The notes below the pieces were generated by a model. That model was not told the origin of the DNA, did not search any database, and was given only the letters and a program-made list of their open reading frames with translations. A DNA stretch of 64,000 nt, taken from positions 41,751 to 105,750 of the forward strand of contig CATOSU010000007.1 in NCBI GenBank assembly GCA_951812615.1. The letters run 5' to 3'. Made by a program: the position numbers and the translations under genes. This document shows positions 46,521 to 56,241 of the stretch, one piece after another; position 1 is the first letter of the stretch; every line of letters starts with the position of its first letter. Source of the stretch: an uncultured Rhodobacteraceae bacterium. GTDB taxonomy: Bacteria; Pseudomonadota; Alphaproteobacteria; Rhodobacterales; Rhodobacteraceae.

Positions 46521-48338
46521 TCACTCGGCCTCGTACCACCACGTGTCCGCGATCAGACCGGGCCGGTCGCCATAGACCGGAAAGTTCCCGGGATGGCGGA
46601 TCTGGCGGTCATGGGCAACGCGGCCAATGTCAAATTGCCAGATCGGGATGACATAGCGCCCCGCTGTCAGGATCCGGTCCAGCGCGCGCACGGCCGACAG
46701 GAAATCCTCGCGGCTCTGAGCGTTCAGCAGGTGATCGATCACCGCGTCCGCGGCGGCGGACCGGACCCCCATCAGGTTACGTGTGCCCGGCTGATCGGCG
46801 GTTTCCGAGCCCCAGTAAAGGCGTTGTTCATTGCCCGGTGACAGCGACAGATCGCGGCGGAAGGTGGTCATGTCGAAATCCAGCTCGGCCTCGCGGGCGG
46901 CAAACTGCGCGTTGTCGACCACCTCGGTGGTCATCACGATGCCCAGCCGTTCCATCGCGCGGGTGTAAATCTCGACCACCGCCTTCATGTCCCCGGCACC
47001 CTGACGCAGCAGGACGGATATCTCGAACGGCTGGCCGGCGGTATTGCGCAATTGCCCCGTCTGAACGGTCCAGCCCGCCTCGGCCAACAGTTTCACCGCC
47101 TGACGCAGGTTGCGCCGGTTGCGCGCAGTGCCGTCGCTGACCGGCAGCGCATAGCCTTCGAGCGTGCCGGGCGGCAGTTCTGTGGCATGGGGCGCCAGCA
47201 GGTCGCGCACGGCCCCCGTCGCGGGACCGGCGCGCATGGCCAGTTCGGAGTTGGAGAAAAAGGAGGTGATGCGTGGCTGCACCCCACCGGTGACGGTGTC
47301 GTTGATGAACTCGAAGTTGAAGGCCAGCAGCATGGCTTCGCGCACGCGCCAGTCGTCGAACGGCGCGCGGCGGGTGTTCATCACGAACCCGGTCATGCCC
47401 GACGGGCGGTTATGCGGAATCTCGGTTTTCACCACGTCGCCGCTGCGCACGGCAGGGAAATCATACAGCGTGTCCCAGGCGTCGGCATTGTATTCGCGCA
47501 GCACGGTCAGTTCGCCGGCCTTGAACGCTTCGAACAGAACCGACTGGTCGCCAAAGAACTCGATCCGCAATTCGTCGAAATTCTGCGTGCCCCGGCGGAA
47601 CGGCAGGTCGCGGCCCCAGTAGTCAGGATTGCGGCGCAGCGTCAGCGACCGCCCGGCGTCGAACGCGCTGACCACATAGGCGGCGGTGCCGATCGGTGCT
47701 TCGCTCAGGCCCGAGGCGGTGAAATCCTTGCCCGCCCATTGCGCCTTTTTCAGGATCGGGCGCATCCCGGCGATCAGCGCCAGTTCGCGGTTCTCCTCGC
47801 TGAATCTCAGGCGCACTTTGCGTGGGCCGGTCTGTTCGATCCGCTCGACCCGCGACCACAACCCGCGATAGCGCAGGTGGCCTACGGTGCCCAGCGTTTC
47901 GTAGGACCAGATCACGTCATCGACGGTAACCGGGGTGCCATCGGAGAATCGGGCCTCCTCGCGCAGGGTGAATTCGACCCATGACCGGTCCGGCGCGGTC
48001 TCCACCGATTCGGCCAGCAGGCCGTAAAGCGTAAACGGTTCGTCCCATGACCGGGCCATCAGGCTCTCGTAAGCCCAGAACCGGAATTGCCACGGCACGG
48101 TGCCTTTGCGGACGAAAGGATTGAGGCTGTCGAACCCTCCGGTATTGCCGAACACCGCCCGCCCGCCTTTCGGCGCCTCGGGGTTGGCGTAAGGCAGCGA
48201 CACAAAATCAGGTGGCAGGGCCGGGTCGCCGTACATAGCTATGGCGTGATCGGCGCCGGCGGCCGGTCCGCAGAGCGCGAGAATCGCGCCCAACACCGTG
48301 CCGCGCAACGTCACGAGATGGAAATATTCAGATCCCAT
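46521..48338 (-). CDS. ABC transporter substrate-binding protein, family 5 (peptide/YejA-like), orphan
   Basis: It has a signal peptide, and its ~600-aa length matches SBP_bac_5-type proteins. No permease or ATPase genes are adjacent. Confidence 0.85.
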   Translation of the reverse strand: MGSEYFHLVTLRGTVLGAILALCGPAAGADHAIAMYGDPALPPDFVSLPYANPEAPKGGRAVFGNTGGFDSLNPFVRKGTVPWQFRFWAYESLMARSWDEPFTLYGLLAESVETAPDRSWVEFTLREEARFSDGTPVTVDDVIWSYETLGTVGHLRYRGLWSRVERIEQTGPRKVRLRFSEENRELALIAGMRPILKKAQWAGKDFTASGLSEAPIGTAAYVVSAFDAGRSLTLRRNPDYWGRDLPFRRGTQNFDELRIEFFGDQSVLFEAFKAGELTVLREYNADAWDTLYDFPAVRSGDVVKTEIPHNRPSGMTGFVMNTRRAPFDDWRVREAMLLAFNFEFINDTVTGGVQPRITSFFSNSELAMRAGPATGAVRDLLAPHATELPPGTLEGYALPVSDGTARNRRNLRQAVKLLAEAGWTVQTGQLRNTAGQPFEISVLLRQGAGDMKAVVEIYTRAMERLGIVMTTEVVDNAQFAAREAELDFDMTTFRRDLSLSPGNEQRLYWGSETADQPGTRNLMGVRSAAADAVIDHLLNAQSREDFLSAVRALDRILTAGRYVIPIWQFDIGRVAHDRQIRHPGNFPVYGDRPGLIADTWWYEAE

Positions 48339-48500
48339 TTTGGCAACAATCCCGCTCAGCCCTTTTTTTCTTGAACGAAAAGCTAACGGGGGAGTCGCGT
48401 CTTTTCAAACTTTTAGCTTGGATAACGTGAAGTAATTGATTATAAAGAGATCACTGCTCGATAGGTTTCTTGCCTGTATGAAACCTGCCTCAATAACTTA

Positions 48501-48528
48501 ACGCCGGCTTCGTGCCGGCGTTTTTTTT
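48501..48528 (+). terminator. orphan intrinsic terminator on the plus strand
   Basis: ACGCCGGC-TTCGT-GCCGGCGT followed by a T8 run. Both flanking genes are on the minus strand. Confidence 0.7.
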
Positions 48529-48849
48529 GGCGTTGCGCCGTCTCACTCTGAAGCCGCATCGCACCTCATGAACTTGCAACAGCGTATGTGAACGGGCCGC
48601 CTCGAAAACAGCGCCTGGCCGTCGAAGCAATTCAGAGCGATGAACCTCATCTCAACGGGCCGGGGCGCGGCGAACCGACGTTTCGGCAGGTTGCTATATC
48701 CCGGAGCGGTCCGCGCATCGGTGGTGTTTTGCACATCCTCACCAGATCGCCGGGCGGATGGGCCGCCCGCCGCTGGACGCGCAGGGTGGAAATCATTTAT
48801 CCAGATCCGCCCTGCACAATACGACTGTCCGACCGCGCGATTTGCGGCC

Positions 48850-49764
48850 TCAATACTTCTCGGGCACGTAGAGTTCGCCCGGCAGAACCCGGCGTTCGTA
48901 GTCCGAATTGTACACCCGTTCCGGCAGAATCACGTCTTCATTCGGGACCGGTCCGTAGGGCACCAGGCTCAGCAGGTGGTCGATACAGTTCAGCCGCGCC
49001 CGTTTCTTATCGTTGCCTTCGACGATGTACCACGGCGCCTCGGGAATGTTCGTGCGGGAAAACATCTCTTCCTTGGCCTTGGTGTACTGTTCCCAGCGGA
49101 CCCGGCTTTGTAGATCCATCGGGCTCAGCTTCCACTGTTTCAGAGGATCGTGGATGCGCATGAGGAATCGCATCTGCTGTTCTTCATCCGTGATCGAGAA
49201 CCAGTACTTGATCACCCGGATGCCGGACCGGACCAGCATGCGCTCGAATTCCGGTACGTCCCGGAAGAACTCTTCGACCTGATCCTCGGTGGCAAACTCC
49301 ATCACCCGTTCCACGCCGGACCGGTTGTACCAGGACCGGTCGAACAGCACGATCTCTCCGCCTGCCGGCAGATGCGGCACGTAGCGCTGGAAATACCATT
49401 GCGTCTTTTCCCGGTCGGACGGGGCGGGCAGGGCAACAACACGGACAATGCGCGGGTTCAGCCGCTGGGTGATACGCTTGATCACGCCACCCTTGCCGGC
49501 ACTGTCGCGGCCTTCGAACAGAACGACGATCTTTTCGCCGGTATGCTGAACCCAGTCCTGCAGCTTGATCAGCTCTGACTGCAATTGCAGCAGTTTGACG
49601 AAATAGTCCTTGCGCTCCAGCGTCGGGGGATGCGCTTCGCGGTAGATCCGTCGGATCTCCAGCGACAGCGCGGGTTCGGAAATTTCAAGTTCGTAATCTT
49701 CGTCCAGCGTGTCGGCCAGTTCGGCCGCCAGCCAGTCCATTCCGGGATCGTTTTCTATGTCCAT
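48850..49764 (-). CDS. ppk2: polyphosphate kinase 2
   Basis: ORF trimmed to the ATG at 49764. PPK2 motifs FEGRDSAGKGG, FDRSWYNR and PWYIV. Confidence 0.9.
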   Translation of the reverse strand: MDIENDPGMDWLAAELADTLDEDYELEISEPALSLEIRRIYREAHPPTLERKDYFVKLLQLQSELIKLQDWVQHTGEKIVVLFEGRDSAGKGGVIKRITQRLNPRIVRVVALPAPSDREKTQWYFQRYVPHLPAGGEIVLFDRSWYNRSGVERVMEFATEDQVEEFFRDVPEFERMLVRSGIRVIKYWFSITDEEQQMRFLMRIHDPLKQWKLSPMDLQSRVRWEQYTKAKEEMFSRTNIPEAPWYIVEGNDKKRARLNCIDHLLSLVPYGPVPNEDVILPERVYNSDYERRVLPGELYVPEKY

Positions 49765-49928
49765 AATATCATTCTCGAATACGGTCAGTTTCGGTTCATT
49801 CAGCAAACACTGCGATGCCAACAGAATTGTAACATCCACAGCTGGGGAAGGCGAACAACGCCATTTCCCGTTTTCTTTGCAGGTGCAGCATGGCAATGTG
49901 TACCCAAACCTACAGAGAGAGAAAAGCC

Positions 49929-50702
49929 ATGTCACTTACAGGCAAGACAGCCGTTGTTACCGGATCGAACTCCGGGATTGGTCTGGGCATCGCGCGGTCG
50001 CTGGCGCAGGCCGGTGCGAACGTGGTTCTCAATTCCTTTACCGACCGCGAGGACGATCACGCGCTGGCGGCAGAGATTGCAGACGACGCCGGCGTGACCG
50101 CCCGCTATATCAGGGCCGACATGTCGAAGGGTGAAGACTGCCGCGCGCTGATCGAACAGGCCGGTGCCTGCGATATCCTGGTCAACAATGCCGGCATTCA
50201 GCACGTTGCCGCGATTGATGCGTTTCCGGCCGACAAATGGGACGCGATCATCGCGATCAACATGAACTCGGCGTTTCACACCACCGCCGCAGCGTTGCCG
50301 ATGATGCGTGCGGCCGGCTGGGGCCGGGTCATCAACGTGGCCTCGGCCCATGGCCTGCGGGCCAGCCCGTTCAAATCCGCCTACGTGACGGCCAAGCACG
50401 GGGTAGTCGGAATGACCAAGGTCGTTGCGCTGGAAACCGCGCAAGAGCCGATCACCTGCAACGCGATCTGCCCGGGCTATGTGCTGACCCCGCTGGTCGA
50501 GGCGCAGATCCCCGACCAGATGAAGACCCACAACATGGATCGAGACACGGTCGTGCGCGAGGTCATGCTGGCGCGCCAGCCGTCCAAGGAATTTGCCACG
50601 GTCGAACAGATCGGCGGCACCACCGCGTTCCTGTGCTCGGATGCTGCCGCCCAGATCACCGGCACCACGATCAGCGTCGATGGCGGGTGGACAGCAATGT
50701 GA
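49929..50702 (+). CDS. bdhA: 3-hydroxybutyrate dehydrogenase (SDR)
   Basis: ORF trimmed to the ATG at 49929. Motifs TGSNSGIG, NNAGIQHV and YVTAKHG, with the C-terminus ITGTTISVDGGWTA. Confidence 0.85.
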   Translation: MSLTGKTAVVTGSNSGIGLGIARSLAQAGANVVLNSFTDREDDHALAAEIADDAGVTARYIRADMSKGEDCRALIEQAGACDILVNNAGIQHVAAIDAFPADKWDAIIAINMNSAFHTTAAALPMMRAAGWGRVINVASAHGLRASPFKSAYVTAKHGVVGMTKVVALETAQEPITCNAICPGYVLTPLVEAQIPDQMKTHNMDRDTVVREVMLARQPSKEFATVEQIGGTTAFLCSDAAAQITGTTISVDGGWTAM

Positions 50703-50709
50703 GCCGCGC

Positions 50710-52410
50710 TCACTCCTTGGGGACGCCTGCCAGTTCCAGCGCCTGATAAAGCGGTTCACCGCCTTCGGCGTCGCCGATCGTAGAGCTGCGCCGCCGCTTG
50801 GCGATTGTCATGCCCGGCATCAGATGCAGGTATTCGGCGGCGTATTTCCGGGCTGTGTCCATGTGGCCCAATCGGGCGTGCGAAGCGGCCAGAACCATCT
50901 GAAGCGTCGCGTAACCGGTCGTGATCTGCATCCCGCGTTCCGCGGCGCGGATGGCGGCGGTGTCGTTGCCCTGCAATGCATGCGCAATGGCGCTTCCGCC
51001 TTCGCAGGCCGCAAGCAACGGATCGAAGTGGCTCAGGCGCCGGTACCTCTCAAAACAGTCCAGCGCGAGCCTCGTCTCTCCCATCCAAAGATAGCTCCAG
51101 CCGGCATAAGTCAGAAGCCTGACATTGGAGGGCGACTTGCGCAGGACGCGCCCGATCCTGTCGCGGGCGGACGAAACATCGTGCGATTGCATGCGGTCGA
51201 ACAGTGCAACGCTGAGTTCCAGGAGCGGGGTTTGGTCTGGCAGGCTGCGCGCGGCCGCGACCCAGCCGGGTACCATGTCGATGTAAACGCTGAGCGAATC
51301 ATAACCCACGGTCGCGGCCGCAAGGGTGAGTGCAATCGCTTCGCCATAGGCTTCAGCAAAGTCCGGCTGCATGTCGATTGCGCGTGCAAGTGTCGACAAC
51401 GTGTCGTGAAAAACCTCTTCGCTGGTGTTGCGGAACTTCATACGCCCGATCAGCAGGACCTGATTTGCGGTCAATTCGGTTTCGGGAACCGTCGTCAGCC
51501 GGGAATGTTCCAGATCCAGGATCATGCCCATCACTTCGGCGGCCAGCGCTTCGCCGGTCTGGTCCTGCCAGTCAAAGATATCATCCAGTGCGCCGTCATA
51601 CTTGCCGGTCCAGACCTGGGCCCCGTCGGGGCCGCGCAGGCGGGCCTCGAGCCGCAGCTTGTCGCCCCGGGTGCGCAGCCGGGATTGCAGGACGTAAACG
51701 TCCGCCGCACCTTCCGGACTTGCCAGGGTGACGCGCATCCATTGCAGGGTGCCGAGATAAGACAACAGATCGCTGGACAGGGTTTCGCTGACATCGCGGA
51801 CGTCCTCGTCGTCGCCCGAAGCTGTGACCGGTGCGATGACCAGTTGCGGGATTTCGCCGTCGTCGGCCCCGACGGTTTGCGGTGGCAGCGGGCGCGCCCG
51901 GGTCCAGACGCGTACCGGGCGGGCGATGTTTTTCAGCTCGCGCTCGCCAGCCTCGTCAAAGGAAGGAGTAAGCGTGCCGTCAAGGCTGATGAAGACCGCG
52001 TCCGAGACGATGATGCCGCCGGGTTCGCATTCCCTTTCCAACCGGGCGGCGATGTTCACGCCGTCGCCCAGAACGTCGGCCTCTTCGTGAATGACGTCGC
52101 CGGCATGTACGCCGATACGCAAGGAAAACAGGGCGTGGCCGGCCATGCGGTTCTGGATCTGCATCGCGCAGTTCACGGCGTCGACGGCGCTGGCGAAGGC
52201 CATGAGCCAGCCATCGCCCAGCGTCTTGACGATCTTGCCGCGGTTGCCGGAACAGGACGGGCCGATCACCGTGGCCGAGATGTCGCGCAGGGCCGCCAGC
52301 GTCGCGGTCTCATCCGCCCCATCAGGCGCGAGTATCCTTCGATGTCCGCGGCCAGAATCGCCGACAGCCTGCGTTCCATGCGTCATCGCCCTCGCTTCGC
52401 TCAAAAACAT
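50710..52410 (-). CDS. class III adenylate/guanylate cyclase domain protein with a C-terminal TPR region; the 5' end appears frameshifted
   Basis: Cyclase motifs KTLGDGWLMAF, GVHAGDV and GDGVNIAARLE. The expected first strand and metal-binding Asp (ERRLSAILAADIEGYSRLMG) is encoded in a different frame, starting at the ATG at 52379. See findings. Confidence 0.75.
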   Translation of the reverse strand: MFLSEARAMTHGTQAVGDSGRGHRRILAPDGADETATLAALRDISATVIGPSCSGNRGKIVKTLGDGWLMAFASAVDAVNCAMQIQNRMAGHALFSLRIGVHAGDVIHEEADVLGDGVNIAARLERECEPGGIIVSDAVFISLDGTLTPSFDEAGERELKNIARPVRVWTRARPLPPQTVGADDGEIPQLVIAPVTASGDDEDVRDVSETLSSDLLSYLGTLQWMRVTLASPEGAADVYVLQSRLRTRGDKLRLEARLRGPDGAQVWTGKYDGALDDIFDWQDQTGEALAAEVMGMILDLEHSRLTTVPETELTANQVLLIGRMKFRNTSEEVFHDTLSTLARAIDMQPDFAEAYGEAIALTLAAATVGYDSLSVYIDMVPGWVAAARSLPDQTPLLELSVALFDRMQSHDVSSARDRIGRVLRKSPSNVRLLTYAGWSYLWMGETRLALDCFERYRRLSHFDPLLAACEGGSAIAHALQGNDTAAIRAAERGMQITTGYATLQMVLAASHARLGHMDTARKYAAEYLHLMPGMTIAKRRRSSTIGDAEGGEPLYQALELAGVPKE

Positions 52411-52496
52411 TGAACCCAGGCACAGCAGCTTCCAAGCCGGATGTCAGCCCGAACCCAGCGATTTGCTGCGCGTGTCCGGCCGGTGCATCGCCACGG

Positions 52497-52784
52497 TCAG
52501 TCCTGTCGCTTCCGCTTTTTCTGGCCCTGGGACTCGACGTTGCGATTGCCGCCCTGGATACCGATCTCTTTCCCCGGTTTTCGTTTCTTGCCGGGTTTGG
52601 ACGTCAGGGCCGGATTGGTGATCTCGGGCGCGGCAACGCCCTCGACCTGGTCTGTTTTGCTGGCGCCGTGATAGGTGTCTGCGGCCTGGTACGGCCTGCC
52701 ATCAGGGTCCGCGGGGTCCGCAAAACAGGGCGTACCGGCAAATAATGCGAAAACGAAAGGAAAAGAAACAAGCCTGACAGCCAT
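52497..52784 (-). CDS. small secreted Lys-rich hypothetical protein
   Basis: ORF trimmed to the ATG at 52784. Signal peptide MAVRLVSFPFVFALFAGTPCFA and a basic C-terminus. Confidence 0.5.
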   Translation of the reverse strand: MAVRLVSFPFVFALFAGTPCFADPADPDGRPYQAADTYHGASKTDQVEGVAAPEITNPALTSKPGKKRKPGKEIGIQGGNRNVESQGQKKRKRQD

Positions 52785-52864
52785 GGCGTCCTCGCAATCG
52801 TTACACAACTGCAAGAGTAGGGCACCGGCACGCGCATTGCAAATCCTGCCCGGCCCGGTGTCCC

Positions 52865-53542
52865 TCAGGTGGCGGGAGGCTCGGTGGGATCCTTGCCGTT
52901 GGGATAGACCAGCCCGGCCGAGATCACCAGCTTGGCCGCGTCTTCCACGGACATGTCCAGCTGGATCACATCTTCCTCGGGGAAAAACAGCAGGAAGCCT
53001 GATGTCGGGTTCGGCGTAGTCGGCACGAAGATGCTCAGCAGCTTGCCGCCGGTTTCCGCCCGTTCCGACACTTCGCCCCGGGCGGTGGTCGAAATGAACC
53101 CGATGGCCCAGATCCCCCGCCGCGGATACTGAATCAGGCAGGCCTTTTCGAAGGACCGTTCGGACTGGGCAAAAACGGTTTCCGAGATCTGCTTGATCCC
53201 GGAATAGATCGACCGCACGACCGGCATCCGGTCCACTAGGCTTTCGGCGTAGCGGATCAGCGAGCGGCCGATCAGCCCCTTGGCGATCCAGCCAACGATG
53301 ATCGTGAAGATCAAAAAGAAGATGACGCCGACGCCGCGCAGGTCCACGCCGATATATTGCTCGGGCCGGAAGCCCGACGGCACCAGCGGCAGCACGACCC
53401 CGTCGATCCAGCCGATCGTGGTCCAGATCAGCCAGATCGTCAGCCCGACCGGCGCGATCACCACAATCCCGGTCAGGAACGATGCCCTCAGCCCGGCCAG
53501 CAGGCCGGGGCGCCGTGGTTTTTCATCGAATGGTGTCGTCAT
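52865..53542 (-). CDS. DUF502 domain-containing membrane protein
   Basis: Two TM helices and conserved blocks P.V..IY...KQ and TTPNPTSGF. The ATG at 53542 is preferred over the TTG at 53551. Confidence 0.85.
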   Translation of the reverse strand: MTTPFDEKPRRPGLLAGLRASFLTGIVVIAPVGLTIWLIWTTIGWIDGVVLPLVPSGFRPEQYIGVDLRGVGVIFFLIFTIIVGWIAKGLIGRSLIRYAESLVDRMPVVRSIYSGIKQISETVFAQSERSFEKACLIQYPRRGIWAIGFISTTARGEVSERAETGGKLLSIFVPTTPNPTSGFLLFFPEEDVIQLDMSVEDAAKLVISAGLVYPNGKDPTEPPAT

Positions 53543-53623
53543 GCGTCGCAAATACCCCGGTGGGAAAATAAGGGTTTTGCACCCCCTCTACAATGCTTTG
53601 CTGCAGATGCGACAATATCACGT

Positions 53624-54532
53624 TCACACATTGATTAATGCACAGGCAATTGCCGCCGCCAGCCGGGCATTGTTGCGGACCAGTGCAATGTTAGCCGTCA
53701 GCGACCGGCCGCCGGTGGCTTCGAATATGCTTTGCAGCAAAAACGGCGTGACCGCCTTGCCGGTTACCCCGCGTCTGGCGGCCTTGGCCTGTGCAGCGGA
53801 GATCACCGGGGCAAGCTCATCCGCCGGGATTTCGTCCGCCGCCGGGATCGGGTTGGCGATCAGCTGACCGCCGGGCAGGTCCAGCGCCGCGCGCATCCGG
53901 TGGGCCCGGGCAATTTCCCCGGCCGTGTCCAGCCGCAGCGGCGCGTGCAGCGGTGACGACGCCGACCAGAAGGCCGGAAACGCGTCCTGACCGAAGGCGA
54001 TGACCGGCACGCCGAGGGTTTCGAGCACCTCCAGCGTTTTTTCCACGTCCAGTATGGCCTTTGCCCCCGCGGCAACCACCGTGACCGGCGTCCGGGCCAG
54101 CTCCTGCAGATCGGCGGAGATGTCGAACGAGGTTTCCGCGCCCTTGTGCACGCCGCCGATGCCACCGGTGGCAAATACGTCGATCCCGGCCAGCCGGGCG
54201 CCGATCATGGTTGCGGCAACCGTGGTGGACCCGGTCCCGCCGCCGGCAAGGCAGACGGCCAGATCTGCGCGCGACAGCTTGGCCACGTTTTCGGCGCGGG
54301 CCAGTTGCTGCAGCCGCGTGTCATCCAGCCCCACATGCAGCCGGCCGTCCAGCACGGCGATCGTTGCCGGCGTTGCCCCCGCGGCGCGAATGTCACCTTC
54401 CACCAGCCGGGCGGTGTCCACGTTATGCGGATAGGGCATCCCGTGGGTGATGATCGTGCTTTCCAGCGCCACGACAGGCGTGTTTTCGGCCCGGGCGCGG
54501 GCCACCTCGGGCGAATATTCGATGTCGATCAC
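53624..54532 (-). CDS. psuG: pseudouridine-5'-phosphate glycosidase
   Basis: The true gene lies inside ORF 53624..54817. The GTG at 54532 overlaps the kinase stop (GTGA). Motifs VALESTIITHGMPYP and ATGGIGGVH. Confidence 0.9.
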   Translation of the reverse strand: MIDIEYSPEVARARAENTPVVALESTIITHGMPYPHNVDTARLVEGDIRAAGATPATIAVLDGRLHVGLDDTRLQQLARAENVAKLSRADLAVCLAGGGTGSTTVAATMIGARLAGIDVFATGGIGGVHKGAETSFDISADLQELARTPVTVVAAGAKAILDVEKTLEVLETLGVPVIAFGQDAFPAFWSASSPLHAPLRLDTAGEIARAHRMRAALDLPGGQLIANPIPAADEIPADELAPVISAAQAKAARRGVTGKAVTPFLLQSIFEATGGRSLTANIALVRNNARLAAAIACALINV

Positions 54533-55407
54533 AGCGGGGTTTCTCCGGACACATAGGCGGCGGCGCTTTGCAGAGCGTGAAACAGGGCGACATCGGGCGG
54601 CTCGCCCCGCGCCTCGGCCACGATATGCGCGGCCATGAAGGTGTCGCCGGCACCGGTCACGCGGGTCACCAGCACCTCGGGCGGGGTTGCCGTCAGGATG
54701 CCGGCGGCGTTGCCATCGGCGCTGGTGTTGCCGCCGTCGGTGACCAGCGCGCGCCGCGCACCGCGGTCCAGCAGGCCGGCCGCAGCCTCGGGCGCCGTGT
54801 CGAAACGGGTCTGGCACAGCAGCCCGGCCTCTTCGAGGTTAACATAGAGCGTGGCCCGCCCGTGGGTCAGAAACGGCAGCAGCCGCTCGGCCTTGCCGGG
54901 CGAGGCGGGCGCAACGCGCAGGTCGGCGCGGGCAAAGGCCGGGCTGCGGGCGATGGTTTTCAGCAGGTCCAGCGTCAGGTTCCCGTCCAGCGCAACCAGC
55001 CCCTGAAACGACGCAAGCGCGCCATCCAGCACCGGGCGCAGGATCTTCTCTCCGGCCGCTTCCAGCGAATGCGCATCGGCAATGGCGGCAATCAGCCCGT
55101 TGGCGCCTTCGACCGCCATGTACCGGTCGGTCGGCAGATCATCCGAGCGGTAGAGATGCCCGGTATCCAGCCCCAGCCGGTCGCAGGCGGCGATCAGTTC
55201 CTCGCCTTCCGCGTCGCGGCCAACGGCGCTCAGCAGAACCGGGCGCATGCCGAACCGGGCCAGCGTCATCGCGATGTTCAGCGCCACGCCACCGGGCAGG
55301 CGGGTGATGCGGCCGGGCACGTCCGAACCCTGCCGCATGTGGCTGGCGGACCGGCCGATGACGTCCCACAGCACGCTGCCGACGCAAAGGATGCGCATGT
55401 CGTTCAT
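54529..55407 (-). CDS. psuK: PfkB-family carbohydrate kinase (pseudouridine kinase-like)
   Basis: PfkB signature (VTGAGDTF) and translational coupling to psuG. Confidence 0.8.
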   Translation of the reverse strand: MNDMRILCVGSVLWDVIGRSASHMRQGSDVPGRITRLPGGVALNIAMTLARFGMRPVLLSAVGRDAEGEELIAACDRLGLDTGHLYRSDDLPTDRYMAVEGANGLIAAIADAHSLEAAGEKILRPVLDGALASFQGLVALDGNLTLDLLKTIARSPAFARADLRVAPASPGKAERLLPFLTHGRATLYVNLEEAGLLCQTRFDTAPEAAAGLLDRGARRALVTDGGNTSADGNAAGILTATPPEVLVTRVTGAGDTFMAAHIVAEARGEPPDVALFHALQSAAAYVSGETPL

Positions 55408-55449
55408 GCGCGGGTTCTGGCGTTTTAATTGAACGGGCGCAACCCGCGT

Positions 55450-56241
55450 TCAGGGCACCGCAAATGTCAGGGCCGCCCACAGCGTTTCCCAGACCGCGCC
55501 CTGTGCCGGGTCCATCTCGCGCAGGACCACGGCGTCGAGCAGGTAGGCGTGACCCGGCGCGACAGGCAGGGTGACGGTGCCGTCTGCCCCGGTGCGGTGC
55601 AGCGTGATTTTCACCGTGCCGTCCGGTGCGCGGTCGAACATTTCAACCTGCGCCTCCGCGCGCGGTCCGCCCCGGTATAGCAGCAGGACCTGCATTCGTT
55701 GCAGTGGTCCGGCATAGGGGTTGGTGAGCGCCACGAACTCGGTTTCCATCCCGACCGCGCGGTCTGACCCGCGCCCGTGCCCGACCGCCACCAGCGATTT
55801 TGCGAACCGGGTGTAGCTTTCCTTGAAATCCGACTCGGGCAGGCCCCGGGCGCGATGCCGGGTCAGGATGTCGGGGAAATCCTTGTGCTCGGCGAAGGTC
55901 TGAAACTTCTCCCATGTCTTGTAGGTCACGTTGTCCGGGGTCGTCTGGTGCACAAGAACCGTCAGACCGGGCGTGCCGGCGGTGGTCTCCAGCGCGGGTA
56001 CATCGCCCATCCGGCCTTCGACAGGGGCAGTCCCGTCCGGGCCGATCACGTCAAACCGGGCGATGCTGCGCTCGAAATATCCCAGCGCGATGCCGCTGAA
56101 CTTCTGGCCATTGCGGATATCCGCGACCAGCGGCGCACCGGTTTCGACTTGATACTCGGCCGGATCAATCCAAAACTCATGCGCAACCGCCGGGACCGGC
56201 AGGGTTCCGAGGATCAGGGCAAAAAGGCAGGCAGGGCGCAT
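55450..56241 (-). CDS. DUF4198 domain-containing periplasmic protein (metal-uptake associated)
   Basis: The true gene lies inside ORF 55450..56760, with its ATG at 56241. The signal peptide ends in AVAHEFWI. Confidence 0.8.
   Translation of the reverse strand: MRPACLFALILGTLPVPAVAHEFWIDPAEYQVETGAPLVADIRNGQKFSGIALGYFERSIARFDVIGPDGTAPVEGRMGDVPALETTAGTPGLTVLVHQTTPDNVTYKTWEKFQTFAEHKDFPDILTRHRARGLPESDFKESYTRFAKSLVAVGHGRGSDRAVGMETEFVALTNPYAGPLQRMQVLLLYRGGPRAEAQVEMFDRAPDGTVKITLHRTGADGTVTLPVAPGHAYLLDAVVLREMDPAQGAVWETLWAALTFAVP

Noticed and set aside
48543-48734. A 63-aa minus-strand ORF in the ppk2-downstream gap.
   Set aside because: It has no ribosome-binding site, an odd composition and no recognisable domain. 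The region is better treated as non-coding pending transcript data.
50593-52413. A 606-aa plus-strand ORF.
   Set aside because: It is antisense to the cyclase/TPR gene, whose minus-strand translation carries the class III cyclase motifs.
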